From assembly GCA_040902005.1 (NCBI GenBank), contig JBBDYA010000041.1, forward strand, positions 1-37,178: a stretch of DNA of 37,178 bases, written 5' to 3'. Below the pieces are notes generated by a model that was not told the DNA's origin, searched no databases, and saw nothing but the letters and a program-made list of their open reading frames with translations. Below are positions 9,223-18,360 of the stretch, in pieces. Each line of letters begins with the position of its first letter. Positions within the stretch are counted from its first letter, which is position 1. This DNA is from Gemmatimonadaceae bacterium. GTDB taxonomy: Bacteria > Gemmatimonadota > Gemmatimonadetes > Gemmatimonadales > Gemmatimonadaceae. The translations under genes were made by a program, and so were the position numbers.

Positions 9223-10542
9223 CTACCGATACGGACCGCTCCGCCCCCCACGCCCTCCGCCACCACGCTTGCGTCCGCCCGGGCTGGAGGTCGGCGCCGA
9301 GCCGCCCGTGGCGCGACGCGCCTCCTTGGCCTTGGACCGCGCGCGATCCTCGGCTTTCTTCGCCCTGATCTGCGCGATGCGCTCGCCGAGCGGCACCTCG
9401 AGCTTCCCCGTCGGACGCGCCGTGTAGTCGAAGTCGGGCAACGTCACACGCGGCAGCGTCTTCTTCACCGCGCGCTCGATCTGCCGCAGGTCCCCTTCCT
9501 CGTCCGGCGCCACGAAGGTGAACGCCTCGCCCGTGAGCTCGGCGCGGGCCGTGCGTCCCACGCGATGGATGTAGTCCTCCGACTGGAGCGGCACGTCGAA
9601 ATTCACCACGTGTCCCAGCGCTTCCACGTCGATGCCGCGCGCCGCGATGTCGGTCGCCACGAGCACACGGAAGGTGCCGGCCTTGAACCCGGCCAGCGCC
9701 TCCGTCCGCTGGTTCTGCGACCGGTTGCCGTGAATGCGCGCCGCGTTGACACCGCGCTTCGTGAGAAACTCCCACAGGCGGTTCGCGCGGTGCTTGGTAC
9801 GCGTGAACACGAGCGCCTCGCGCATCAGCCCCTTCTCCAGCAGCGCGAGCAGCAGCGCCGACTTCAGCTCCTGCGGCACGGGGTATACGGCCTGCGTGAT
9901 CCCTACCGCGGGCGCCGCCACGCGCTCCAGGTTGATCATCGCCGGATTGTGCAGCATCTCGCGCGTGAGCTGGAGAATCGGCGCCGGCATCGTGGCGCTG
10001 AAGAACAGCGTCTGCCGTTTCGCCGGCACGTACTTCAGCAGCCGGCGGATGTCCGGCAGGAATCCCATGTCCAGCATGCGATCCGCCTCGTCCAGCACCA
10101 GGAATTCGACCTTGTCCAGCTTCGCGTACGGCTGCCTGAGGTGGTCCAGCAGCCGTCCCGGCGTGGCGACAATGATGTTGACCCCGCTGCGGAACGCGTG
10201 CTCCTGCGGCCCCATCCCCACACCGCCGTAGACCGCGGCGGCCGTGAGCGGCGTGTGCACCGCGAGATCGTTGGTCTCCTGGAGCACCTGCGCGGCCAGT
10301 TCGCGTGTGGGGGTGACGATGAGCGCGCGTGTGCCCCCCTTCGGGTGCGCCAGCATCCGGTCCAGGATCGGAAGGACGAACGCGGCGGTCTTCCCGCTGC
10401 CGGTCATCGCGCACGCGAGCACGTCGCGGCCGGCGAGCGCGGGCGGAATGGCGTCGATCTGGATCGGCGTGGGTTTCGCGAAGCCGAGGTCCTTGACGCC
10501 GGCCTGCAGACTGGGATGAAGCTTCAGTGCACCAAAAGGCAT
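9223..10542 (-). CDS. DEAD-box ATP-dependent RNA helicase (RhlE-like)
   Basis: Q motif GFAKPTPIQ, TGSGKT, PTRELA, TPGRL, DEAD, SAT, ARGID, HRVGRTAR and an RG-rich tail. Confidence 0.97.
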   Translation of the reverse strand: MPFGALKLHPSLQAGVKDLGFAKPTPIQIDAIPPALAGRDVLACAMTGSGKTAAFVLPILDRMLAHPKGGTRALIVTPTRELAAQVLQETNDLAVHTPLTAAAVYGGVGMGPQEHAFRSGVNIIVATPGRLLDHLRQPYAKLDKVEFLVLDEADRMLDMGFLPDIRRLLKYVPAKRQTLFFSATMPAPILQLTREMLHNPAMINLERVAAPAVGITQAVYPVPQELKSALLLALLEKGLMREALVFTRTKHRANRLWEFLTKRGVNAARIHGNRSQNQRTEALAGFKAGTFRVLVATDIAARGIDVEALGHVVNFDVPLQSEDYIHRVGRTARAELTGEAFTFVAPDEEGDLRQIERAVKKTLPRVTLPDFDYTARPTGKLEVPLGERIAQIRAKKAEDRARSKAKEARRATGGSAPTSSPGGRKRGGGGRGGRSGPYR

Positions 10543-10604
10543 CGCGAAAGATACATTGTGCCGGGGCGCTGCCGGCCCTCTCCCACCATTGCCACGGAGA
10601 CACT

Positions 10605-11111
10605 GTGTACGCTGAACTCCTCGTCCTTCGGCTGATCCACATCCTCGGCGGAGTATTCTGGGTGGGCTCCGCCATGTTCATGATGTTCTTTCTCGGCCCG
10701 GCGCTCGCGAAGGCGGGCCCGTCCGGTGGCGCGGTCATGTCCGGGCTCGCGGCGCGCAAGCTGTTCACCTGGCTGCCCGTGAGCGCGCTGCTCACGATGC
10801 TCTCGGGCGCGCGGCTGATGATGATCGCCTCCGGCGGGGACGCGCACTGGTTCGTGCACCGGGTGGGCCACTTCTACTCCGTCTCGGCGGCGTTCGCGGT
10901 GATCGCGTTCCTGATCGGGATGGTGGTGAGTCGTCCCGCGATGATGCGCGTGGGGAAGCTCACGCAGAGCGCGGCGTCGGACGAGACGAGCATTGCGCTC
11001 ATCACCGCGGAAGTGGCGAAGCTCCAGAAGCGGGCCGCCATCGCGACGGCGATTGCCGTGGTGCTGCTCGTGCTGTCCGCCGCGGGCATGGCCGTCGCGC
11101 GGTATCTGTGA
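10605..11111 (+). CDS. Hypothetical 4-TM membrane protein (CopD/DUF2269-like helical bundle)
   Basis: GTG start preceded by GGAG. LRLIHILGGVFWVGS pattern, four hydrophobic helices. Confidence 0.75.
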   Translation: MYAELLVLRLIHILGGVFWVGSAMFMMFFLGPALAKAGPSGGAVMSGLAARKLFTWLPVSALLTMLSGARLMMIASGGDAHWFVHRVGHFYSVSAAFAVIAFLIGMVVSRPAMMRVGKLTQSAASDETSIALITAEVAKLQKRAAIATAIAVVLLVLSAAGMAVARYL

Positions 11112-11116
11112 GGAAA

Positions 11117-11151
11117 GGGAACAGGTAAGGGGGAAGAGGGAAGAGGGAAAC
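11117..11151 (+). repeat. Degenerate purine-rich heptamer tract (5 units)
   Basis: GGGAACA GGTAAGG GGGAAGA GGGAAGA GGGAAAC. Confidence 0.6.
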
Positions 11152-11353
11152 CGAAACCCCGGGAAATGGGGACGGGAGCGAGAACGGTTTCAGTCCTGGC
11201 GGGCGGATCTTCTTTGGACATGAGCGTCGGTGCTCATACGTCCCGGATCCGGCATGACTCGTGAGTCGCCTCCGATATCCGGAGAGGCGCGAGAATGAGA
11301 CTGTCCCGCGCCACGCGGCACACCGCGCTCCAGCTCCATTCTTCAGAGGCTCC
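11152..11353. mobile_element. Putative decayed MITE / fold-back element with an IS5-like right end
   Basis: The minus strand reads TTAG|GGAGCCTCTGAAGAATG (11353-11337), 15/17 identical to 36943-36959. A degenerate inverted partner lies at 11152-11180, with nested inner inverted repeats. No credible ORF. Confidence 0.5.
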
Positions 11354-11890
11354 CTAAGGGCGCACCTCCGTGGTCCCCCGGTCGGCCTTTCTCCGGCCGG
11401 GGCCCATGGACCGCGGCAGCTGAGGACGAATCTTGTTCACCTCCACTGGGCGGCTGCGTCCCCTGAGCGCATCCAGGCTGTAGCGTCCGCCGCCGAACAC
11501 GGCGAACATGAGGAAGACGAAACAGTACAGCGCCGCCAGCTCGCCGCCGTTGAGAATCGGCCAGAAACCGCGCGGCAGGTGCGCGATGAAGTACGCGGAG
11601 GCCATGAGCCCCGAGAGCGCGAACGCCACCGGACGCGTGAAGAGCCCCGCCGCCAGCAACAGCCCGCCGCCGATCTCCAGCGTGCCCGCGATCCACATGT
11701 GCGAGAACATCCCGGGCGAGCCGCCAAACGGACGGTCGGCTGCCAGCAGCCATCCCAGGTGCTTCTGCACGCCATGCTGCACGAGCATCAGCGCGGCCGC
11801 CACGCGCAGCAGCCCCAGCGCGATGTCCGGCAGCCGCGACCAGATCGGCAGCTCGCCGGCGGTGCCCTCTTCCCTGCCTGTGGTCGTCAT
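11354..11890 (-). CDS. DoxX family protein
   Basis: LLRV...HGVQKHLG, E.GGG.LLA.GLFTR, NGGELAALYCFVFL...GGGRYSLD. AGGAGGA RBS upstream. Confidence 0.92.
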   Translation of the reverse strand: MTTTGREEGTAGELPIWSRLPDIALGLLRVAAALMLVQHGVQKHLGWLLAADRPFGGSPGMFSHMWIAGTLEIGGGLLLAAGLFTRPVAFALSGLMASAYFIAHLPRGFWPILNGGELAALYCFVFLMFAVFGGGRYSLDALRGRSRPVEVNKIRPQLPRSMGPGRRKADRGTTEVRP

Positions 11891-12016
11891 CAATCCTCCT
11901 GGAAGGCGCGTCGTGCGAGATCACCCCATTCTCACGCGGTGTGGTGGCAGATTCGGGGCCGCTGTGACGCTCCACGCGCGGCTGGGGTTGTCATGACATC
12001 CCCACCGACCACGACC

Positions 12017-12937
12017 ATGCCGACGATCCATTCCGCACTCCTCGTCGCCGCGATGCTCGGCGCTTCGTCCACCGCTCACGCGCAGGTGACAGACTCGCTG
12101 CGCGCCGACAGCGCGTTTCAGCGCCAGGACTGGCGCGCAGCCGCCAGCCTGTATGACTCCATCGCACGGCGTTTCCCGACGCAGGGAATGGCGTGGATCC
12201 GTCTCGGCATTGCGCGACACGCGCGCAACGACCTGGACGGTGCGGCCATCGCGTTCGACCGTGCGCTGTCCCTTCGATATCAGGTGCCCACGGCGATGTA
12301 CCGCCTCGCCCGCATCCACGGTGCGCAAGGGAATGCGGACCGGGCGCTGTCGTATCTCGATTCGCTCGTGCCGATGCGCGCCGTGGCGATCCCGGTGCTC
12401 GATACGCTGTCCGAGCTGCGCTCCGTTCGCGCCGATCCGCGATACCGGGGCATCATCGCGCGCATGGCCGCGCTGCGCTTCCCCTGCGCCACCACGGCGC
12501 GCGCGCGCGAATTTGACTTCTGGATCGGCGACTGGGACGTCACCCCCTGGAGGGCACCCCCTGGACCGAACGCCCCGCGGCTCGGCACCAATCGCGTGGA
12601 ACGGTTGCTCCGTGAGTGCATGCTCCTGGAGAACTGGACGGACAGCCAGGGGGGCACGGGCAAGAGCATCAACTTCTTCGACATCAACCGCCAGAAGTGG
12701 CGTCAGATCTGGGTCGCGGATGGCGGGACGTCGCTGGACTACGAAGGCGAGCTGCGCGACGGCGTGATGCGCTTCGAGGGCTGGACGCTCGCGCCCAGTG
12801 GCGCCCGCATCCTTCAGAAGCTCACCTTCTTTCCGATCCACGCGGACACCGTGCGGCAGCTGTTCGAAACCTCCACGGACAGCGGCCGAACATGGCAGCC
12901 CGGGTTCGACGGGCGGTACGCTCGACAGCGCCCGTAG
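12017..12937 (+). CDS. Exported TPR-repeat protein with a C-terminal DUF1579-like beta domain
   Basis: Signal peptide ending AHA-Q, TPR-like helices (AWIRLGIARH, AMYRLARIHG), C-terminal FDFWIGDWDV...WRQIWVAD...STDSGRTW. Alternative start at 11993. Confidence 0.8.
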   Translation: MPTIHSALLVAAMLGASSTAHAQVTDSLRADSAFQRQDWRAAASLYDSIARRFPTQGMAWIRLGIARHARNDLDGAAIAFDRALSLRYQVPTAMYRLARIHGAQGNADRALSYLDSLVPMRAVAIPVLDTLSELRSVRADPRYRGIIARMAALRFPCATTARAREFDFWIGDWDVTPWRAPPGPNAPRLGTNRVERLLRECMLLENWTDSQGGTGKSINFFDINRQKWRQIWVADGGTSLDYEGELRDGVMRFEGWTLAPSGARILQKLTFFPIHADTVRQLFETSTDSGRTWQPGFDGRYARQRP

Positions 12938-13038
12938 CGACGCATCTCGCGTGCGGCGATGGTAGGGGTTCACTCCACAAACGTGGGTGAAACCTCCGAC
13001 AGCCACGGCCGCAACTGCAGCGCACCGTTCAAGTCATC

Positions 13039-13551
13039 ATGGAGACTCCACTCGACAACGCCGTCACGCCGCCCGACGCGAGCGCGCCCGCGAGCTTGAC
13101 CCGCCAGCCCAGGATTCGCCGACTCACAGCGCGTCAGTCCGCCTGCGTGCTCACGCGCAACCACGTGGGACGCATCGCCTACATCCTGAACGGCCGTGCC
13201 GGCATCCTCCCCGTGCACTACGTGTTTGACGGCAACGTGATCGTGGGGCGCACGTCGTTCGGGCCCAAGGCCATGGCGTGGGTGGAGCAGGACGTGGTAT
13301 TCGAGGTGGACGAGACGGACGGGATGTTCGACTGGCGCAGCATCCTGGTGCGCGGCACGGTGACCATCAGGAGTGCAACCGCAACGTCCGTCGAGCTCGC
13401 GAACTACTGGGACGCGGTGGCCGCGCTTCGCACGATCATTCCGCAGGCGTTCACGGAGGCCGACCCAACGCCGGAGCGCCGGCTGGTGTTCGCGATCGAG
13501 CCCGACGAGATCTCCGGGCGCGTGGCCAGCAGCACGCGCGCATGGCGCTGA
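13039..13551 (+). CDS. Pyridoxamine 5'-phosphate oxidase-like flavin-binding protein (Nim-like split barrel)
   Basis: VGRIAY...PVHY...G.K...VVFEVDE...WRSILVRG pattern. Confidence 0.85.
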   Translation: METPLDNAVTPPDASAPASLTRQPRIRRLTARQSACVLTRNHVGRIAYILNGRAGILPVHYVFDGNVIVGRTSFGPKAMAWVEQDVVFEVDETDGMFDWRSILVRGTVTIRSATATSVELANYWDAVAALRTIIPQAFTEADPTPERRLVFAIEPDEISGRVASSTRAWR

Positions 13552-13604
13552 GCGCGTAGCCCGCGCGCATTGCGAGCGGCGATGCCGGCCACCAGTTTGC
13601 CCGG

Positions 13605-14915
13605 ATGCGCACACTGCCCCTCCTCCTCGCCACCCCAATCCTGCTGCTCGCCGCCGCGCGGCCGCTGCCCGCGCAGCCGAACCCCTCCCGCGCCGAGCGT
13701 GAGATCGTCCGCGCGGTGGATGCGCAGACCAACCGGTCCATCGCGCTCATCGAGCGCGTGGTCAACATCAACAGCGGCACGATGAACTTCGCCGGCGTGC
13801 GGCGCGTGGCCGACGTCCTGCGCCCGCAGTTCGACTCGCTCGGCTTCACCACGCGGTGGGTTGACGGCACGCCCTTCAACCGCGCGGGACACCTGGTGGC
13901 CGAGCACCGGGGCCCGGGACCGAAGATCGTGCTCATCGGACACCTGGATACCGTCTTCGAACCGTCCAGCCCCTTCCAGCGCTTCGAGCGGCTGACGGAT
14001 TCCACCGCGCGCGGCCCCGGCATCATTGACATGAAGGGTGGCGACGTCATCGCGATCGCGGCGTTGCGCGCGCTGAAGGTCGCGAACCAGCTGGACGGCA
14101 TGCACGTGGTGGTGGTGCTGCACGGCGACGAGGAGTCCGCGGGCGCGCCGCTCGATCTCGCGCGCGCCACGCTGCGCGACGCGGCCCGCGGCGCGGCGTA
14201 CGCGATCGGCCTGGAGGACGGCGACGGCGATCCACGCACCGCGGTAATCGCGCGCCGCAGCGCCGGCGGATGGACGCTGCGCGTGAAGGGCACGCCGGCG
14301 CACTCGTCGCAGGTGTTCACCGACGGCGTGGGCTCGGGCGCGGTGTACGAGGCCGCGCGCATCCTCACGGCGTTCCATGCGCGTCTGTCCGGCGAGCAGT
14401 ATCTCACCTTCAATCCCGGGCTCATCGCCGGCGGCACGCTGGTCACGGTGGACAGCACCGGTACCGTCGCGTCCGTGCAGGGCAAGTCCAACGTGGTCGC
14501 CGAGCATGCCACGGTGAGCGGCGACCTGCGCGGGCTCACGCCGGAGCAGCTCGCCCGCGCGCGCGCGGCGATGCGCGAGATGGTCTCGGCGCACCTGCCG
14601 CGCACGTCCGCGGAGATCGAGTTCCACGACGGCTATCCTCCGATGGCGCCCACGGACGGGAACCGGCGGCTGCTGGCGATCCTCGATCAGGTGAGTCGCG
14701 ACGTGGGGTCCGGTCCTGTGGGCGCGGTGGACCCGGCGCGCGCCGGCGCGGCGGACGTGTCGTTCGTGGCGGACCTCGTGCCGATGGTCATCGATGGCAT
14801 CGGGCTGTCCGGATGGGACGGCCACACCGTCAACGAGACCGCGGACTTGCGCCAGCTGCCGGCGCAGACGAGGCGCGTGGCGGTGCTGCTGCACCGCCTG
14901 TCACGCCAGCGGTAA
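13605..14915 (+). CDS. Exported M20-family metallopeptidase (carboxypeptidase G2-like)
   Basis: Signal peptide plus GHLDTV, GIIDMKGG, GDEE, LED and C-terminal GHT metal-ligand motifs. Confidence 0.9.
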   Translation: MRTLPLLLATPILLLAAARPLPAQPNPSRAEREIVRAVDAQTNRSIALIERVVNINSGTMNFAGVRRVADVLRPQFDSLGFTTRWVDGTPFNRAGHLVAEHRGPGPKIVLIGHLDTVFEPSSPFQRFERLTDSTARGPGIIDMKGGDVIAIAALRALKVANQLDGMHVVVVLHGDEESAGAPLDLARATLRDAARGAAYAIGLEDGDGDPRTAVIARRSAGGWTLRVKGTPAHSSQVFTDGVGSGAVYEAARILTAFHARLSGEQYLTFNPGLIAGGTLVTVDSTGTVASVQGKSNVVAEHATVSGDLRGLTPEQLARARAAMREMVSAHLPRTSAEIEFHDGYPPMAPTDGNRRLLAILDQVSRDVGSGPVGAVDPARAGAADVSFVADLVPMVIDGIGLSGWDGHTVNETADLRQLPAQTRRVAVLLHRLSRQR

Positions 14916-14920
14916 TCCGA

Positions 14921-16153
14921 TCAGGCGGGAATCCGGATGATCTTTCCCATGAAGAGGATCGTGCCGGAGAACCGCTCGCGAATCGCGAAGATGAACGGGC
15001 GATCGACACAGAGGCAGGGCGGCAGGCTGGTTGTGCTGATGCCGGTGTTGGTCACGGCCGCGGCCTCGGTGCCTTCTTCGTTCACGAGCACGAAGGTCTT
15101 GTGCTTGACGAAGGAAATGAACACCTGCTCCGCCGTCATGCGCTCGAAGTCCGCCTGATGCGGGTCAAAGGGGATGTTCATCCCCAGCGCCTTCAGGTCG
15201 TCGGCCAGCTGACGTTCGTATTCCAGCGTGAACTTCGGCAGTTGCACTCCATAGTCATGCTCCTGCATCAGCGCCAGCAGCGACGACCATGACGCCGTGT
15301 CCAGCCCCGCGGCCAGCGCGTCGATGCTGCTGCCCTCGTTGGGCATGGCGATGGTCATGACGAACGCGCCGTTGCCGTAGGTCAGCTCGCCGACGGTCGT
15401 CGATGGCGTCCAGCCGAACCGCATCGTCCCGGTCTTGTCCGGCCGGATCATGGTCTTTACCGTCTGCGCGCCATCGGCGCCGTGGAACGCCTGGTCGCGG
15501 GTTCTGGCCGGATCGAACTGCTCGCGCCATGACCCCTTGAAGTAGATGGCATTGATCAGGAACATCACGTCCTCGTCCTTGATTTCATCGAGGATCGTGG
15601 GAATCCTGCCATTGGTGTGGGCGCTCACCCAGTCATTCACCGCGGTGATCGTCGTCTGGTCGAACGGCGATGCGGCCACCTGTGCGTTGAAGGTCTGCTG
15701 CACGCCGTCGATGAAGCTCTGATGAAAGGCAAAGCCGTCGAGATACCAGACGGAGTTCGCGATCGTGAACGTCGTGCTGGGGTCCAGCCCGCCCTGGAGC
15801 GCCAGCAGCCCCTTGTAGCCGTCGTTGATCTCCGCGAGCTCCGCGGCGCCGAAGCCCAGCGTGGAGCGCATCTCGTCCAGCGTGGTGCCGCTCGCGCCAT
15901 TCATGGCCATGCCGAGCGAAAAGCTGACGCTGAGCGGCGACACGAACACGTTGCTGTCCGGCTGCGCGGCGTTCAGTTGCTGAAAGAGCCGGAACGAGAA
16001 CTGGTTCGCGGCGCGCGAGACGCGCACCTCGTCCGCGGTGAGCGCGCGGGGCAGTTCGGTGAGCTGCGGCGTCGGTCCGGGGTCCGTGAAGAATCCGCAG
16101 CCGCCGGTCGCGAGTGCAAGCGCCACGCTGCAAACAAGTGCGGTGGTCCGCAT
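14921..16153 (-). CDS. Serpin (serine protease inhibitor), probable lipoprotein
   Basis: NVFVSPLS, LINAIYFKGSW, LPKF, hinge NEEGTEAAAVT, DRPFIFAI...ILFMGKI. Start at ATG 16153 gives a signal peptide ending LATGG-C. Confidence 0.95.
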   Translation of the reverse strand: MRTTALVCSVALALATGGCGFFTDPGPTPQLTELPRALTADEVRVSRAANQFSFRLFQQLNAAQPDSNVFVSPLSVSFSLGMAMNGASGTTLDEMRSTLGFGAAELAEINDGYKGLLALQGGLDPSTTFTIANSVWYLDGFAFHQSFIDGVQQTFNAQVAASPFDQTTITAVNDWVSAHTNGRIPTILDEIKDEDVMFLINAIYFKGSWREQFDPARTRDQAFHGADGAQTVKTMIRPDKTGTMRFGWTPSTTVGELTYGNGAFVMTIAMPNEGSSIDALAAGLDTASWSSLLALMQEHDYGVQLPKFTLEYERQLADDLKALGMNIPFDPHQADFERMTAEQVFISFVKHKTFVLVNEEGTEAAAVTNTGISTTSLPPCLCVDRPFIFAIRERFSGTILFMGKIIRIPA

Positions 16154-16271
16154 GGGGATACCTGTGAGCGTTTCTGATGAAACCAGCACAACCGGACCGC
16201 TGGTCACATCCGAACGTTGCCGTGGCGCCCCCGGATATGCAACTTCGTGGCGCCCTCAACCGGAGAGAGAC

Positions 16272-16832
16272 ATGGTCTCCCTGACGTCGCTTTGGCTTCC
16301 GATGCTGCTATCCGCGGTCGCGGTGTTCTTCGTCAGCTTTGTGACGCACATGCTGCTGAAGTATCACTACACCGACTTTGCCAGGCTTCCCGGCGAGGAT
16401 GACGTGGTCTCCGTGTTCGCGCGGCACAACGTGGCCCCGGGAGACTACATGTTCCCGCACGCCGCGACGCCGGCCGAGGCGAACGACGCGGCGTTCATGG
16501 AGAAGCGGAACCGCAACCCGACCGGCATCGTGACCGTGCTGCCCACACCGGCCATCAGGCTCACGAAGCATCTGATGGAGTGGTTCATCTTCTCACTCGT
16601 GGTCAGCCTCTTCTGCGCCTACCTTGCGGGACGCGCGCTGCCGGTCGCGGCGGCCGGCGCGGAGGTGTTCCGCTTCACGGCCACCGTCGCGTTCCTGGGG
16701 TATGGCCTGGCGCTCGTGCACGACTCCATCTGGTATGGCCGGAAGTGGAGCACCACGTTGAAAAGCATGTTCGACGCGCTGCTGTACGGCGCGGCGACGG
16801 CGGCGATCTTCGTCTGGCTCTGGCCACGGTAA
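16272..16832 (+). CDS. Hypothetical membrane protein (4 TM)
   Basis: GGAGAG RBS, hydrophobic helices, PGDYMFP loop. Confidence 0.8.
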   Translation: MVSLTSLWLPMLLSAVAVFFVSFVTHMLLKYHYTDFARLPGEDDVVSVFARHNVAPGDYMFPHAATPAEANDAAFMEKRNRNPTGIVTVLPTPAIRLTKHLMEWFIFSLVVSLFCAYLAGRALPVAAAGAEVFRFTATVAFLGYGLALVHDSIWYGRKWSTTLKSMFDALLYGAATAAIFVWLWPR

Positions 16833-16858
16833 CCGGGCGCTCGCAGTTCACGCGGGGC

Positions 16859-17596
16859 GTGCTGCTGTTTCTCGCCGCACTCTCGGTGCTGTTCGCGGTC
16901 GCCGTGGGGCTGCGGGCGCTGGCGAAGTCCCCTGTGTACCAGCTCTTCGGCGGGATCGTGCCGCGCGTACAGACCACAGACTCCATCGTGGCGCTCACCT
17001 TCGACGACGGACCCACCGTCGCGGTGCGGGACACGCTGCTGGCGACGCTCGCGTTGCGCGGCGTGCACGCCACCTTCTTCGTGGTCGGAAGCGCGCTGGC
17101 CGGCGCGCCAGAGCTGGGGAACGCGCTGCACGAGGCCGGGCACGAACTGGGCAACCACACGTACACGCATCGGCGCATGGTGCCCGTGCGCCAGGGAACG
17201 ATCGCCTTCGAGATCGAGCGTACCGATTCCCTCATCCGCGCGGCCGGACACGATGGCGCAATCCATTTCCGCCCGCCGTACGGCTACAAGCTGCTAGGGC
17301 TTCCATGGTATCTCGCACGCCGCGATCGCCTGACCATCACCTGGGACGTGGAGCCGGACTCCTATCCCGACGTGGCCGCGACGGCGGGCGGTATCGTGCG
17401 GCACGTGATGGAGCGCGTGCGTCCGGGGTCCATCATCCTGCTGCACCCGTGGTACGCCAGCCGAGCCACCTCGCTGGGCGCGGTGGGCCCGCTGATCGAC
17501 AGTCTGCACGCGCGCGGGTACCGCGTGGGCACCGTCGCGGCGCTGATGCGCGCCCGTGACATGCGTGACACGGGCGTGCAAGTTAGGTTGCCATGA
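16859..17596 (+). CDS. Polysaccharide/peptidoglycan deacetylase (NodB homology, CE4), membrane-anchored
   Basis: TFDDGP, HTYTH, RPPYG and ILLH motifs, with an N-terminal TM. Start codon uncertain (GTG 16859 used). Confidence 0.9.
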   Translation: MLLFLAALSVLFAVAVGLRALAKSPVYQLFGGIVPRVQTTDSIVALTFDDGPTVAVRDTLLATLALRGVHATFFVVGSALAGAPELGNALHEAGHELGNHTYTHRRMVPVRQGTIAFEIERTDSLIRAAGHDGAIHFRPPYGYKLLGLPWYLARRDRLTITWDVEPDSYPDVAATAGGIVRHVMERVRPGSIILLHPWYASRATSLGAVGPLIDSLHARGYRVGTVAALMRARDMRDTGVQVRLP

Positions 17597-18360
17597 TTCG
17601 TGTCGAGAATCTGTCCAAAGCGTACGGCGACAAGCGCGCGGTCGATCAGCTCACGTTCGGCGTGGATCCCGGTGAGATCGTTGGATTCCTCGGACCCAAC
17701 GGTGCGGGCAAGTCCACCACCGTGAAGATTCTCACCGGGTTGCTCCGCCCCGACGCGGGCGCGACCTCCGTCGCCGGCTTCGATGTGCTGACCCACCCGC
17801 TGGACGCCAAGCGGCGGCTGGGGTACGTGCCGGAGCAGCCGGTCATCTACGACACGCTCACTGGCGACGAGTATCTCGATCTTGTCGGCTCCCTCCATCA
17901 TCTGGTCCCCGCGGTCGCGAAGCAGCGACGTGCGGAACTGCTCGATCTGTTTGGGCTCGGCGACGCCAAGCACCAGCAGGTCCAGGAGTACTCCAAGGGG
18001 ATGCGCCAGAAAGTCGTCATCGCGGCGGCGCTGCTGCACCGGCCGGAGGTGCTCATCCTCGACGAGCCACTCGACGGCCTGGACGCGAACACCGCGCTGG
18101 TGATGAAGGAGCTGCTGCGCCAGCTCGCCGCGCAGGGCCGCACCATCATGTTCTCGTCGCACATCCTCGAGGTGGTCGAGCGCATCTGCACGCGCATCGT
18201 GATCATCGACAAGGGGAAACTCGTCACCCAAGGCACGGCCGCTGAGATCTGCGCGAACACGGGCACGACGTCGTTGGACGAGGCGTTCGCGCGACTCACC
18301 GGCGTGCGCGACGCGGGACTCGTCACCGCCGATCTGCTCGCGGCGCTCGATCGCGCGTGA
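17593..18360 (+). CDS. ABC transporter ATP-binding subunit
   Basis: GPNGAGKST, YSKGM, LILDEP and SSH motifs. Confidence 0.93.
   Translation: MIRVENLSKAYGDKRAVDQLTFGVDPGEIVGFLGPNGAGKSTTVKILTGLLRPDAGATSVAGFDVLTHPLDAKRRLGYVPEQPVIYDTLTGDEYLDLVGSLHHLVPAVAKQRRAELLDLFGLGDAKHQQVQEYSKGMRQKVVIAAALLHRPEVLILDEPLDGLDANTALVMKELLRQLAAQGRTIMFSSHILEVVERICTRIVIIDKGKLVTQGTAAEICANTGTTSLDEAFARLTGVRDAGLVTADLLAALDRA

Noticed and set aside
8772..9368. 198-aa ORF (and 8636-8962, 8704-8901, 9010-9222) across the intergenic repeats
   Set aside because: These are translations of palindromic and heptamer DNA with no recognisable motifs, and some overlap real genes on the opposite strand.
11112..11353. Known housekeeping ncRNA (RNase P, SRP, tmRNA)
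   Set aside because: No GAGGAAAGUCC, SRP GGAA-loop motif or tRNA-like ends were recognised. Kept only as an unassigned fold-back element.
16221..16255. 10-bp direct repeat CGTGGCGCCC in a divergent promoter region
   Set aside because: Short and GC-rich, so plausible by chance. No adjacent regulator supports an operator call.
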